Shown here piece after piece: positions 34,901 through 44,264 of a DNA stretch of 64,000 bases. The notes below the pieces were generated by a model. That model did no database searches and had not been told where the DNA came from. It saw nothing but the letters and a program-made list of their open reading frames with translations. This DNA is from a virus. A program made the translations under genes and the position numbers. Position 1 is the first letter of the stretch; every line of letters starts with the position of its first letter. The stretch lies in IMG/VR virus record IMGVR_UViG_3300043446_004155, positions 1 through 64,000 of that record; one strand, 5' to 3'.

Positions 34901-35251
34901 ATGACCATGGACGAACAAGTCCAAAACAGCATTCCACCTGAGTTTCGTCAGCTGCCAAAACTATCGGCGGAACAAATTGAAATGCTGAAAGCTGTCGCCA
35001 AGGAACGTGCGATTGCCCAAGCAGCCGCCGAAGCACCTCCTCAACCGCCCCAGAATCAACGACTTGCTGCACCGCCACCGTCCATGGTGCCACCCCAAAC
35101 GCAACCTCAGATCATCTATTTGCGACGCAACTTTACGGTTGCAGAACTCCTGTTGGTTCTTCTCCTATCCTGTGGCTTGGTTGCTGGGACACAAGCATTA
35201 TGGGGAATTGGATCGCGCATCTTACCTCAGATCGAAATAAAGGTCAAATAA
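34901..35251 (+). CDS. Pro/Gln-rich membrane protein
   Basis: C-terminal TM ELLLVLLLSCGLVAG. Confidence 0.65.
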   Translation: MTMDEQVQNSIPPEFRQLPKLSAEQIEMLKAVAKERAIAQAAAEAPPQPPQNQRLAAPPPSMVPPQTQPQIIYLRRNFTVAELLLVLLLSCGLVAGTQALWGIGSRILPQIEIKVK

Positions 35252-35304
35252 AAATACGGCAAACCTAAACTATAATTTTAGTTATAAGGTTTGCAGGCGT
35301 ATAC

Positions 35305-37725
35305 GTGGCCAACAGGCGGATTTCTGATCTACCAGCAATTACTTCGATCGACATCAATGATGCCGATCTATTTACTGTTGTCCACGTTGCAGAGGTTGAT
35401 CCTGGTCTAAAGAATAAGCGTTTTACGGTAGCAGAACACAAAACTTATCTAAACAATTACTACCTCCAACTCAGTGGTGGAACCATCGTCAATGATTTAG
35501 TCATTGGTGATGATCTGAGTGTTTCCGGAGATTTAACAGTCGCCCAAAACATGGCGATTGTTGGGACCGGTACATTTGGAACCCTTATTATCAGCGGTTT
35601 CACAAGCACTGGTGTTATTAGCGGTGTAACAATTACTGGTACCAATATTCTTGGTGTCAACGTCAACGGCAACAACGGTTACTTTGCGTCTCTCCAGGCA
35701 CCTGCAGCAGCCCTTGGCGCAGCCACAGCCACGACATTAAGCGGCGGAGCGATCACTGGTAACACAATTGCCGCAAGTGGAATTACCGGTCAAACAATCA
35801 CTGGAAATAACGTTTTTGGTCTAAGCATCAGCGGCACCACGATCACAGGTGTTACCGGTGTTTTTACTACGTCTTTATCCGGTGCGACAATCACTGGCAA
35901 TGTAGGAAACTTTGCAAATCTAACTGGAGTTTCTGGGACCTTTACAAGCCGCCTGTCTGGTGCTGTTATCACAGGAAACACCGGTACGTTTAGCCGGATT
36001 ACAGGTGTTTCTGGTGCTTTTACTTCTAACCTGTCTGGTGCCGTTATTACCGGTGTCACCGGTCAGTTTACGCAACTTAATGGAGTTACCGGCCAATTTA
36101 CCGTTGTTTCTGGTACGACTGTTACAGGTGCAACTGGTCGATTTACTAATATCACTGGCCAGAGTATTTACGGAGTCACCTTGTCGGGTGAAACCATCAA
36201 TGCTTCAACTGGCAACATTCTTGATCTCTTAACCGTTACTGGCGTTTTCCTTGACCGCCTCTCTGGTGCTGTTATTACAGGTCAAACTGGTCTATTCAAT
36301 TCGTTAACAGTTGGTGGAATCAACATCACCGGAAGTGTCAGCGGTGGAACTGTTACCGGTACCAGTGGTCAATTCATTACCATCACTGCTCAAACCGGTA
36401 TCTTTACCGATACCATCTCGATTCCTTCTATTACGACCACGGGCAATTTGTCTGCCAGTGGCGATTTAATTGTTGAAGGCAGCGGTTACATTACTTCCGG
36501 CCTTGTTGTTTCCGGAACCATCTCTGGAAACACCGTAACAGGCGAGACTTTTATCTTTAACACGGCTACTGGCTCTTCACTCAACGCCACTGGCTTAATT
36601 TCTGGTGTTTTAATTACTGGAGATGTCATCCAGGCAGCATCTCTTACGGGTGTTACTGGTACGTTTACGTCTTTAAGCGGAGCTTCCATTACTGGAAGTA
36701 CGGTTTCCGCCACCACCGGCACGTTTGTATCCGGTATTTTCACAAATCTATCGGGAACGACCGTTACTGGTGCAACTGGTTTATTTGGCAGCGTTACAGG
36801 CGCAACAGGTACCTTCACAACCAGGGTCTCTGGTGCAACCGTAACTGGCAATACAGGTCTGTTTGGAAACCTCTCTGGCATTTCCGGTACATTCACCAAT
36901 CTTTCTGGTAACGCAATTACCGGTAATACGTTCAGTGGAACCGTAGGTACATTTACAACCCTTAATGCAACCTTTGTTAATTTCACCGCTACGTCAACGG
37001 GCAATATTGTTGCCAGCGGTAGTGGTATTTTTGCCTCTGGACTCTTAACAAGTGGTGATTTATTTGTCAGTGGCTCGGGTTATTTTGCGTCTGGCGTCAA
37101 TATTACCGGAACCCTATCCGGCACCACTGGAATCTTTACTGCCTTAAGTGGGGATTTAATTTCAGGTGTTTCTGGTACGTTTACAACACAACTTTCTGGC
37201 GCGTTAATTACTGGCAATACGATTCAAGCAACATCCATCACTGGTGTTTCTGGTACGTTTACAACACGACTTTCTGGCGCGTTAATTACTGGCAATACGA
37301 TTCAAGCAACATCCATCACTGGTGTTTCTGGAGTTTTTACGACTCTTACTGGCACTACAATCCAATCAACAACAATTAACACATCTAGTGGCGTTCGTTG
37401 GTTAGATGCTGATGCCAGCAATTGGGTTGCTTTCCGTGCCCCCACTGTTGTTCCCGCAGATGTTACTTGGATTCTGCCATCTGGCGATGCCACGACATCA
37501 GGCTATGCATTAATCAGTGATGCCTCCGGAAACCTGACATGGGGTGAAGCCGGCGGTGGCGCAAAAGGCGGTGGCACAGACGAAGTGTTTTATGAGAACG
37601 ATCAGTTTGTTACCGCGAATTACACGATTACCACCAACAAAAATGCCATGACAGCAGGCAGGATTAGTATTAATTCTGGAATATTTGTCACAGTGCCCAG
37701 TGGCAGTAATTGGGTTGTGGTCTAA
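35305..37725 (+). CDS. Tail fibre protein with T/G/S-rich ~26-aa repeats
   Basis: N-terminal RRISDLP anchor; repeats SGATITG...GVSGTFT; C-terminal FYEND...TVPSGSNWVVV. Confidence 0.82.
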   Translation: MANRRISDLPAITSIDINDADLFTVVHVAEVDPGLKNKRFTVAEHKTYLNNYYLQLSGGTIVNDLVIGDDLSVSGDLTVAQNMAIVGTGTFGTLIISGFTSTGVISGVTITGTNILGVNVNGNNGYFASLQAPAAALGAATATTLSGGAITGNTIAASGITGQTITGNNVFGLSISGTTITGVTGVFTTSLSGATITGNVGNFANLTGVSGTFTSRLSGAVITGNTGTFSRITGVSGAFTSNLSGAVITGVTGQFTQLNGVTGQFTVVSGTTVTGATGRFTNITGQSIYGVTLSGETINASTGNILDLLTVTGVFLDRLSGAVITGQTGLFNSLTVGGINITGSVSGGTVTGTSGQFITITAQTGIFTDTISIPSITTTGNLSASGDLIVEGSGYITSGLVVSGTISGNTVTGETFIFNTATGSSLNATGLISGVLITGDVIQAASLTGVTGTFTSLSGASITGSTVSATTGTFVSGIFTNLSGTTVTGATGLFGSVTGATGTFTTRVSGATVTGNTGLFGNLSGISGTFTNLSGNAITGNTFSGTVGTFTTLNATFVNFTATSTGNIVASGSGIFASGLLTSGDLFVSGSGYFASGVNITGTLSGTTGIFTALSGDLISGVSGTFTTQLSGALITGNTIQATSITGVSGTFTTRLSGALITGNTIQATSITGVSGVFTTLTGTTIQSTTINTSSGVRWLDADASNWVAFRAPTVVPADVTWILPSGDATTSGYALISDASGNLTWGEAGGGAKGGGTDEVFYENDQFVTANYTITTNKNAMTAGRISINSGIFVTVPSGSNWVVV
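37165..37331 (+). repeat. Near-perfect 78-bp tandem duplication
   Basis: Copies start at 37165 and 37243 (one mismatch, CAA/CGA); partial third copy at 37321. Confidence 0.9.
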
Positions 37726-37788
37726 TTTTCTAATCTATTGAGTAGAATTGAATTAAACTAAACAGTAAGGAAACACTGAGAAGAAAAG

Positions 37789-38418
37789 ATGGCTTACGGT
37801 AACCTGGCGGTTGACTATATTACTTATACATTCAATAGCAATGACGCGATTGCAACCGTAAGCAGTGTCGTTAACGGAAGTTTTCCTAATATTACAACTA
37901 CCGGAACCCTTTCTGGTGCAACGGTCACAGGAACGAGCGGACAGTTTACGACCGTTAGAGCTGTTACAGGCATCTTTACAACAACCCTTAGCGGCGCAAC
38001 GGTTACTGGTACAACTGGAAACTTTACAACCTTAAACGCATCATCGATCCCAGGTTTTGCAGTACTATCAGGCACTCAAACTTTTAGTGGTGGACAGATT
38101 GGACGTGTCAGTGTTGTTAGTTTTGCCACTGGGATTGCCTTGGATCTAGCTACAAGTAATAATTTTCAAATTACGTTGACGGGAAATACGACCCTTCAAA
38201 ACCCAACTAATGCTGTATCTGGTCAAGCTGGTATTGTTACAATTATCCAAGGCACTGGGAACAATACAATGGCGTTTGGATCTAACTGGAATTATCCCGG
38301 TGGATCAGGCAGTGTTCCAGCCTTGACAACAACCAGTGGGGCCAGAGATGTTTTGGCATATTACTGCATAAGCTCCACCCAAGTTGCTTATCGTTTAATC
38401 CAGGATATTAAAGCTTGA
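37789..38418 (+). CDS. Short tail fibre/adaptor protein
   Basis: Same T/G repeat; C-terminal LDLATSNNFQITLTGNTTLQNPTN...GQAG domain. Confidence 0.75.
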   Translation: MAYGNLAVDYITYTFNSNDAIATVSSVVNGSFPNITTTGTLSGATVTGTSGQFTTVRAVTGIFTTTLSGATVTGTTGNFTTLNASSIPGFAVLSGTQTFSGGQIGRVSVVSFATGIALDLATSNNFQITLTGNTTLQNPTNAVSGQAGIVTIIQGTGNNTMAFGSNWNYPGGSGSVPALTTTSGARDVLAYYCISSTQVAYRLIQDIKA

Positions 38419-38419
38419 T

Positions 38420-40861
38420 ATGTCTATCATCAACGGAGGCTCTACTTTAGGTTTTTTTGGTGGATCAACACCTTACGAAATCTCTCGTTCGTTGCGGTTT
38501 AATTCAGCAGATTCGGCGTACCTGAGCCGCACCCCCGCATCCGCCGGCAACCGCAAGACGTGGACCTGGGCGGGGTGGGTGAAGCGGAGTTCGCTGGGAA
38601 CCGAACAGACGTTGTTTTGTTCAACTGATTTAACAGCAAATACAACATATCTAGGGTATAACGCTACTACAAATTGCCTTGATTTCTACCAGAATACAAG
38701 CTCGGCTATCGTCGCCAGAAAAACTACTACTGCCGTATTTAGAGACTCAGGCGCATGGATGCATGTTTGCGCTATTTGGGACACTACAAACAGCACTGCC
38801 ACAGATCGCATGCGGCTCTATGTCAATGGTAGTCGTATTACAGTGTTCAACACAACTACTGATCCAGCGTCTAGTACAGATAGCAGAGTCAATAGTACAT
38901 TAGAGCACAATATCGGCAGAGCCGGCGCATCAACTTACCATTTGGATGCTTACCTTGCCGACATCCACTTCATCGACGGCCAAGCGTTAGACCCCACCAG
39001 CTTCGGTGAGTTCTCCGCCACCACCGGCGTCTGGATGCCGAAGAAGTACACCGGCACCTACGGCACCAACGGTTTCCACCTGGACTTCAGCGATAACTCC
39101 GCCGCCACTGCCACCACGCTGGGTAAAGACAGCTCCGGCAACGGCAACAACTGGACGCCGAATAATCTCAGTGTCACCGCTGGTGCAGGCAACGACAGCC
39201 TGGTGGATGTACCCGTCAACGGCACGCAGACCGACACCGGCGCCGGCGGTGAGGTGAGGGGGAATTACTGCACTTGGAACCCGCTGGACCTTGTTTCTAC
39301 AACGCTGGCTAACGGGAATCTTCAAGCGTCTGGGTCAACTGATGTAGCAGGGGTTTCTGGAACGATTGGAGTCAGCTCTGGTAAATGGTACTGGGAAGTC
39401 ACTGCAGGTTCTACTTACGATGTTATTGGAATCTGGTCGACAACATCACGGGTTACTAGCTACCCAGGCGACACATCAAGTTCTTACGGCTATTTTGGGT
39501 CAACTGGTAACAAGATAAACAGCGGTGCCGGCTCTGCGTACGGCGCAACATTTACAACTAACGATGTTATTGGTGTTGCTTTAGATCTAGATGCTGGCAC
39601 CCTAACTTTTTACAAGAATGGAGTCAGTCAAAGCACTGCATTTTCAAGTTTGGCAGGAGGTTTTAGACCGGCGGTTCGTGCTGGAAGCGCATCTGGGGCT
39701 AGTACCGCAACCTACTTAAATGCAGGCGCTCGTCCCTTTGCCTACACAGCCCCCAGCGGCTTCAAGGCGCTCAATACCAGCTCGTTACCGGCCCCAGTAG
39801 TCACGAAGCCCTCCACGGTTTTTGATACATACTTATGGTCTGGCAATGGTGGCACTCAAACAATATTCACCAGCTTTAGTCCAGATTTCGTCTGGGTCAA
39901 GCAACGCGATAACACCAATGTCGCATCTCATGTTCTGGTTGACATAGTTCGTGGCAATAACAACGTGCTTCGGACCAACGGAACTGATGCAGAAAATGCA
40001 GCCGGTATTGATCCAGCGCTGTATGACGGGGTTACAAACTTAAGCACTGCATCTTTCGATGTAGTCAAGGGATCCAGTGGAACGTATAACGGAACCAACG
40101 GCTCAGGTAAATCGTACGTGGGCTGGGCCTGGGACGCCGGCAGCAGCACCGTCACCAACCCCGCTGGCACCATCTCATCGCAGGTGAGGGCGAATACAAG
40201 TGCTGGGTTTTCGATTGTTACTTATACGGGAAATGGAACAAATGGGGCGACAGTTGGACATGGATTAGGCGTCGCGCCTTCTTTTGTTATTTGGAAGAGA
40301 AGAGACACAGCTTCTAATTGGTTGAGCTACCATGTCTCACTTGGTAACAATCAATACTTTTACTTAAGTAGTACAGCGGCGGCGGCAACAGCATCCGGCA
40401 TCTTCGGATTTAGCTCGGCAACTGCGACGCTTCAGAATTACACCGATTACAACGCAAGCAGCGGTACATACGTCGCCTACTGCTTCGCCCCAGTCGCGGG
40501 CTACAGCGCCTTCGGTTCCTACACCGGCAACGGCAACTCGGATGGGCCGTTTGTTTACACAGGACATAGAAGTCGCTGGATAATGATAAAAGCGTCTTCT
40601 GGCACTTCTGCCGGAAGTGCTAACTGGATGATCATTGATACTGCCAGAGATGCGTATAACTTGTCTGTCTACAAACTTGCTCCCAATCTCAGCGACGCTG
40701 AAAACTCCATAAATATAGGCAACACAACTCAAAACACAATGGACATTTTAAGCAATGGCTTCAAATTGAGAAGCACCACTGCCAGCACTAATGAAAGTGG
40801 TACGACGTATGTGTGGGCAAGCTTTGCTGAAAATCCCTTCTCCCTGGCTCGTGCCAGGTAA
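38420..40861 (+). CDS. Receptor-binding tail protein with LamG/ConA-like and SPRY-like domains
   Basis: SRSLRFNSADSAYLSRTP, TWTWAGWVKR, SSGKWYWEV, DVIGVALDLDAG. Confidence 0.82.
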   Translation: MSIINGGSTLGFFGGSTPYEISRSLRFNSADSAYLSRTPASAGNRKTWTWAGWVKRSSLGTEQTLFCSTDLTANTTYLGYNATTNCLDFYQNTSSAIVARKTTTAVFRDSGAWMHVCAIWDTTNSTATDRMRLYVNGSRITVFNTTTDPASSTDSRVNSTLEHNIGRAGASTYHLDAYLADIHFIDGQALDPTSFGEFSATTGVWMPKKYTGTYGTNGFHLDFSDNSAATATTLGKDSSGNGNNWTPNNLSVTAGAGNDSLVDVPVNGTQTDTGAGGEVRGNYCTWNPLDLVSTTLANGNLQASGSTDVAGVSGTIGVSSGKWYWEVTAGSTYDVIGIWSTTSRVTSYPGDTSSSYGYFGSTGNKINSGAGSAYGATFTTNDVIGVALDLDAGTLTFYKNGVSQSTAFSSLAGGFRPAVRAGSASGASTATYLNAGARPFAYTAPSGFKALNTSSLPAPVVTKPSTVFDTYLWSGNGGTQTIFTSFSPDFVWVKQRDNTNVASHVLVDIVRGNNNVLRTNGTDAENAAGIDPALYDGVTNLSTASFDVVKGSSGTYNGTNGSGKSYVGWAWDAGSSTVTNPAGTISSQVRANTSAGFSIVTYTGNGTNGATVGHGLGVAPSFVIWKRRDTASNWLSYHVSLGNNQYFYLSSTAAAATASGIFGFSSATATLQNYTDYNASSGTYVAYCFAPVAGYSAFGSYTGNGNSDGPFVYTGHRSRWIMIKASSGTSAGSANWMIIDTARDAYNLSVYKLAPNLSDAENSINIGNTTQNTMDILSNGFKLRSTTASTNESGTTYVWASFAENPFSLARAR

Positions 40862-40904
40862 TTAACAGACATTGAGCTAAAATAAAAGAAAACGATTTAA
40901 AAAT

Positions 40905-41381
40905 ATGTTTATTCTTGATGGGAAAACTTTATCTCCAGATGTACCGTTTAGCCATGACGGTGTAAATTACCCAGCGAATTGGCTGCGTTTATCCAGCCTG
41001 GAAGAGAAAGAAGCTATTGGTATCCAGGAAGTACCCGATCCTCCAACCTGGGATCAAAGGTTCTACTGGGGATACGATCAAGATGGCAACTTAATTCCCA
41101 AGGATCACGGCCAGCTTGTTGAGCAGTGGACTCAACAAACTCGGCAGACGGCCAACACATTACTCTTTCCAAGTGATTGGATGGTAGTACGAGAGGTCGA
41201 TAACGGCATCCAGGTTGATCCAGCCTGGCGTACATGGCGAGAAAGCATCCGTTTAGCAGCAGGAAGCAAGGTTTACGAAATTGAACAGACCACAACCACC
41301 GATCAATTAGCTGCTTATATCACTGGTCCTGACTACAGCGCATGGCCGGCAGATCCCTCGCAACCTCAGCCAACTGTTTGA
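40905..41381 (+). CDS. Tail fibre assembly chaperone-like protein
   Basis: YPANWLRL, LLFPSDWMVVR, WRTWRESIR. Confidence 0.7.
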   Translation: MFILDGKTLSPDVPFSHDGVNYPANWLRLSSLEEKEAIGIQEVPDPPTWDQRFYWGYDQDGNLIPKDHGQLVEQWTQQTRQTANTLLFPSDWMVVREVDNGIQVDPAWRTWRESIRLAAGSKVYEIEQTTTTDQLAAYITGPDYSAWPADPSQPQPTV

Positions 41382-41440
41382 ATAAAATAAAGGATAAAAA
41401 CTCTTGAATTAAACTAAAACATAGGAAAGTATAAAAAGAG

Positions 41441-42196
41441 ATGAGCTACGGAACTGTAAAAGTTGATACTATTATTTACACCTCCGGTGGCTTAGATGCG
41501 TCTGGAACAATAAGCGGAATTGTTAATGGTAATTTCCCAAGTGTTCAAACAACTGGTGTAATTAGCGGATCAACCGTTACAGGTGCAACTGGAAATTTTA
41601 CTGTTATTAATGCTGTTACAGGTGTTTTTACTTCTACATTAAGCGGTACTACGTTTACCGGCACTACGGGTAACTTTGCATCAATTAACTCTGCAACGGG
41701 GTCGTTTAGTTCTGGTTTAACGCTTCAAAGTGGTAATGCAACTTTAAACTCTCAATCCGAAGCGCGTTTTGCAGATAGTGACAGTAGTAATTGGGTTGCC
41801 TTTAAAGCATCTGCAACTATTGCAAGCAATGTAACTTGGACATTGCCAAGTGGAGATGGCACAAGTGGCCAAGTTCTACAAACAAACGGATCAGGAGTTT
41901 TTGGCTGGACAACTCCCCTTGGTGACTATATAATTACAGTTACGGCTACAGGAAAAACACTTACAAATCGAGAGCGTTGTACAATAACAGCATCAGGTCA
42001 AACATTAACTTTACCTGCGTCACCCAGTGCAGGCAATGAGGTAACAGTAACCATTGCTGGTACATTTCTTGATACTGTTGTCGCTAGAAACGGATCAAAT
42101 ATTATGTCACTTGCCGAAGACCTCACTGTGGACAAGGGAAATATCTCCGTTACCCTCTACTACGTTGATGCCACTCGCGGCTGGAGGATTATCTAA
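41441..42196 (+). CDS. Tail fibre paralogue
   Basis: N-terminus like 37789; SNWVAFKA...VTWTLPSGDG shared with 35305; C-terminal TLTLPASPSAG...YVDATRGWRII. Confidence 0.78.
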   Translation: MSYGTVKVDTIIYTSGGLDASGTISGIVNGNFPSVQTTGVISGSTVTGATGNFTVINAVTGVFTSTLSGTTFTGTTGNFASINSATGSFSSGLTLQSGNATLNSQSEARFADSDSSNWVAFKASATIASNVTWTLPSGDGTSGQVLQTNGSGVFGWTTPLGDYIITVTATGKTLTNRERCTITASGQTLTLPASPSAGNEVTVTIAGTFLDTVVARNGSNIMSLAEDLTVDKGNISVTLYYVDATRGWRII

Positions 42197-42510
42197 TGTC
42201 TACGCTTAGTCAATTTGTTGGCGGAAGTCCAATTAAATCAATTCAAAGAGGAGTAATCAGTACTGGAACCAATGATTCTAGTGCAACAGCTACAATTTCT
42301 TCCGTCGATACAACAAAAGCAATTGTCAACTATTTAGGATCAAGATTGCCCATTAACAACACAAGTGCAGTTGTTGTAAATGATTTTGGCAATACCCTTG
42401 CTCATGTTGCCCTTACAAACGCTACTACAATAACCATCACAAGAGGCAGAGCACCTGGAGGTGGATGGGGGGCTATTAATATTTCTTACGAAGTCATTGA
42501 GTACAACTGA
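42196..42510 (+). CDS. Small tail fibre tip protein
   Basis: IKSIQRG...ATISSVDTTK...YEVIEYN. Confidence 0.7.
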   Translation: MSTLSQFVGGSPIKSIQRGVISTGTNDSSATATISSVDTTKAIVNYLGSRLPINNTSAVVVNDFGNTLAHVALTNATTITITRGRAPGGGWGAINISYEVIEYN

Positions 42511-42511
42511 A

Positions 42512-42679
42512 ATGGAAATTTTTTATTACGCACAAATTGACGGCAATAGCATTTGCTATGCAGTCACCCAAACGGCGGGGGAAATTATCCAAAACGATAT
42601 GATTCGTATAAATTCATATGACATTAATCTCCTTGGTAAAAAATGGGAAAACGGAACTTGGGTTGACCCTGACGTTTAA
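42512..42679 (+). CDS. Small fibre chaperone-like protein
   Basis: MEIFYYAQID...LLGKKWENGTW. Confidence 0.6.
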   Translation: MEIFYYAQIDGNSICYAVTQTAGEIIQNDMIRINSYDINLLGKKWENGTWVDPDV

Positions 42680-42736
42680 ACGCCACAGCACAAAGATCAT
42701 GGACCTGACCTAGAGTTAATAAAAATAGTTAGGTCA

Positions 42737-43747
42737 ATGACAATAAAATTTACGGATGCAGCCAAATTCTACGAAGAGCTTCCACATCAAAAAGAAGCCT
42801 GGGACTGGCTTCAAAATGTAGTATCTGCTGAAACCTTGGCGGAATTTGCCAAGCGTTATCGCAAAGAAACAAAAGCGGCAATTGAAAATACCTGGGAAGG
42901 TGTACGTGCAGCGGCCAAAAAAGCCGGAGCTGCATTTCCTGATGTTGTTTGTGCACAATGGGCACTTGAGTCGGGATGGGGGAAACATTTTTCAGGTAAA
43001 TGGAATGCATTTGGTCTGAAAGGATCAGGTAGTGCGGTTAGCACCCAGGAATTTATCAATGGCAAGTGGATCACAATTACAGATAGCTTTATTGATTTCC
43101 CTGATTTAGAGACTTGTGTTTTCTATTTAGTTGATCGGTGGTACAAAGATTTTGGCCGGTTTAAAGGTGTTAACCGTGCCAAGACTCGCAATGAATGCGC
43201 TCAGCTATTGGTCGTTGAAAAATATGCAACTGATCCCGATTACAGCACAAAATTAATTCAGATCCTTGACCGACAGCTTGGTACAGCTGGAAACATTGAG
43301 AAGAAACCAGAAGCAGAAAAGAAAGATCGGTTTAATCCCTGGAGCCCATTTACATTTAAAGTAACGCCCAACATTACGTATGGCGAGCTCACACTCAACC
43401 AAGAGGCAAGGCGGTTTACCAAACAGTACCAATGCGACACAGCACTGGAGATTTGCGAGTTTCTTGAAAAAGTGCGTAGTGCGTTCGGCAATAAACCTTT
43501 GATCATTACCAGTGCCGCTCGACCGGAGCCCATCAATACACAAGTTGGTGGCGCCAAAAATAGCGAACATACCTACAACGCTCCCTCTAAAGGTGCGGTT
43601 GATTTTTATATCGAAGGCGCCAACATTTATGTCGTGCAAGATTGGTGCAACAAGAATTGGCCGTACTCATTGGGTTACGGCGCATTAAAAGGTTTTGTGC
43701 ACATCGGTATTAGGGAAGGACGGCAACGTATTCGCTGGGACTACTGA
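42737..43747 (+). CDS. Modular endolysin: glucosaminidase (GH73-like) plus peptidase M15A
   Basis: AQWALESGWG, NAFGLKG, YATDPDY; IITSAARPEPIN..VGGAKNSEH...AVD, GFVHIG. Confidence 0.88.
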   Translation: MTIKFTDAAKFYEELPHQKEAWDWLQNVVSAETLAEFAKRYRKETKAAIENTWEGVRAAAKKAGAAFPDVVCAQWALESGWGKHFSGKWNAFGLKGSGSAVSTQEFINGKWITITDSFIDFPDLETCVFYLVDRWYKDFGRFKGVNRAKTRNECAQLLVVEKYATDPDYSTKLIQILDRQLGTAGNIEKKPEAEKKDRFNPWSPFTFKVTPNITYGELTLNQEARRFTKQYQCDTALEICEFLEKVRSAFGNKPLIITSAARPEPINTQVGGAKNSEHTYNAPSKGAVDFYIEGANIYVVQDWCNKNWPYSLGYGALKGFVHIGIREGRQRIRWDY

Positions 43748-43748
43748 G

Positions 43749-43910
43749 ATGAAAAAATACAGGGAACCGCTCATTAGAGTGAATGTTTGCTGGCAAGTTG
43801 GAGACGAAAAAAAGTGCGTAACCCTGCCGAAAGAGCAGGCCTACGCAACAAGGGATTGGGTTGAAAGAGAAGGGGGCGTTTGCTTTTGGTTTCAAGCTTT
43901 GCCTGATTAA
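43749..43910 (+). CDS. Small hypothetical protein
   Basis: ATG 1 nt after the endolysin stop. Confidence 0.5.
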   Translation: MKKYREPLIRVNVCWQVGDEKKCVTLPKEQAYATRDWVEREGGVCFWFQALPD

Positions 43911-44075
43911 TCAACGTTGTTTGGCGCGACCAATGACCAGAGCTGCGATCTCGATCAACTTATAGAGCTTGCCCACGAGTTTATCGTCGGAAGGAGTGGG
44001 GGTTAAAGCGCAAATTGCAGAAGCAGCGGCATGAATAGCCAGTGCAACTTCCAGATACTGATTAAGGTGTTCCAT
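43911..44075 (-). CDS. 54-aa holin-like membrane protein absent from the track
   Basis: MEHLNQYLEVALAIHAAASAICALTPTPSDDKLVGKLYKLIEIAALVIGRAKQR; TPTPxDD turn between two hydrophobic helices. Confidence 0.6.
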   Translation of the reverse strand: MEHLNQYLEVALAIHAAASAICALTPTPSDDKLVGKLYKLIEIAALVIGRAKQR

Positions 44076-44126
44076 GACTGATCTATAGATCTGTTTACAT
44101 TCTAAAGCTTGGTGTAAAGACTTTAT

Positions 44127-44264
44127 TTAATCTTCATAAATACGGCAGCTTCTTTCCCAGGGATTGTTGTCACAGTACGTTTTGAATCTCTTTGCGGGAC
44201 TTGGTGTACCCAGATGAAAGCGCCTGGAAAGTTTACAGACAATCCAGTTGTAAAAATTAATCAC
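44127..44264 (-). CDS. 45-aa peptide with CP12 C-terminal motif, absent from the track
   Basis: GTG start overlapping the upstream TGA; MINFYNWIVCKLSRRFHLGTPSPAKRFKTYCDNNPWERSCRIYED. Confidence 0.7.
   Translation of the reverse strand: MINFYNWIVCKLSRRFHLGTPSPAKRFKTYCDNNPWERSCRIYED

Noticed and set aside
35305-42196. CRISPR array or diversity-generating retroelement
   Set aside because: The repeats are in-frame coding repeats without spacers; no reverse transcriptase or adenine-specific TR/VR pair seen
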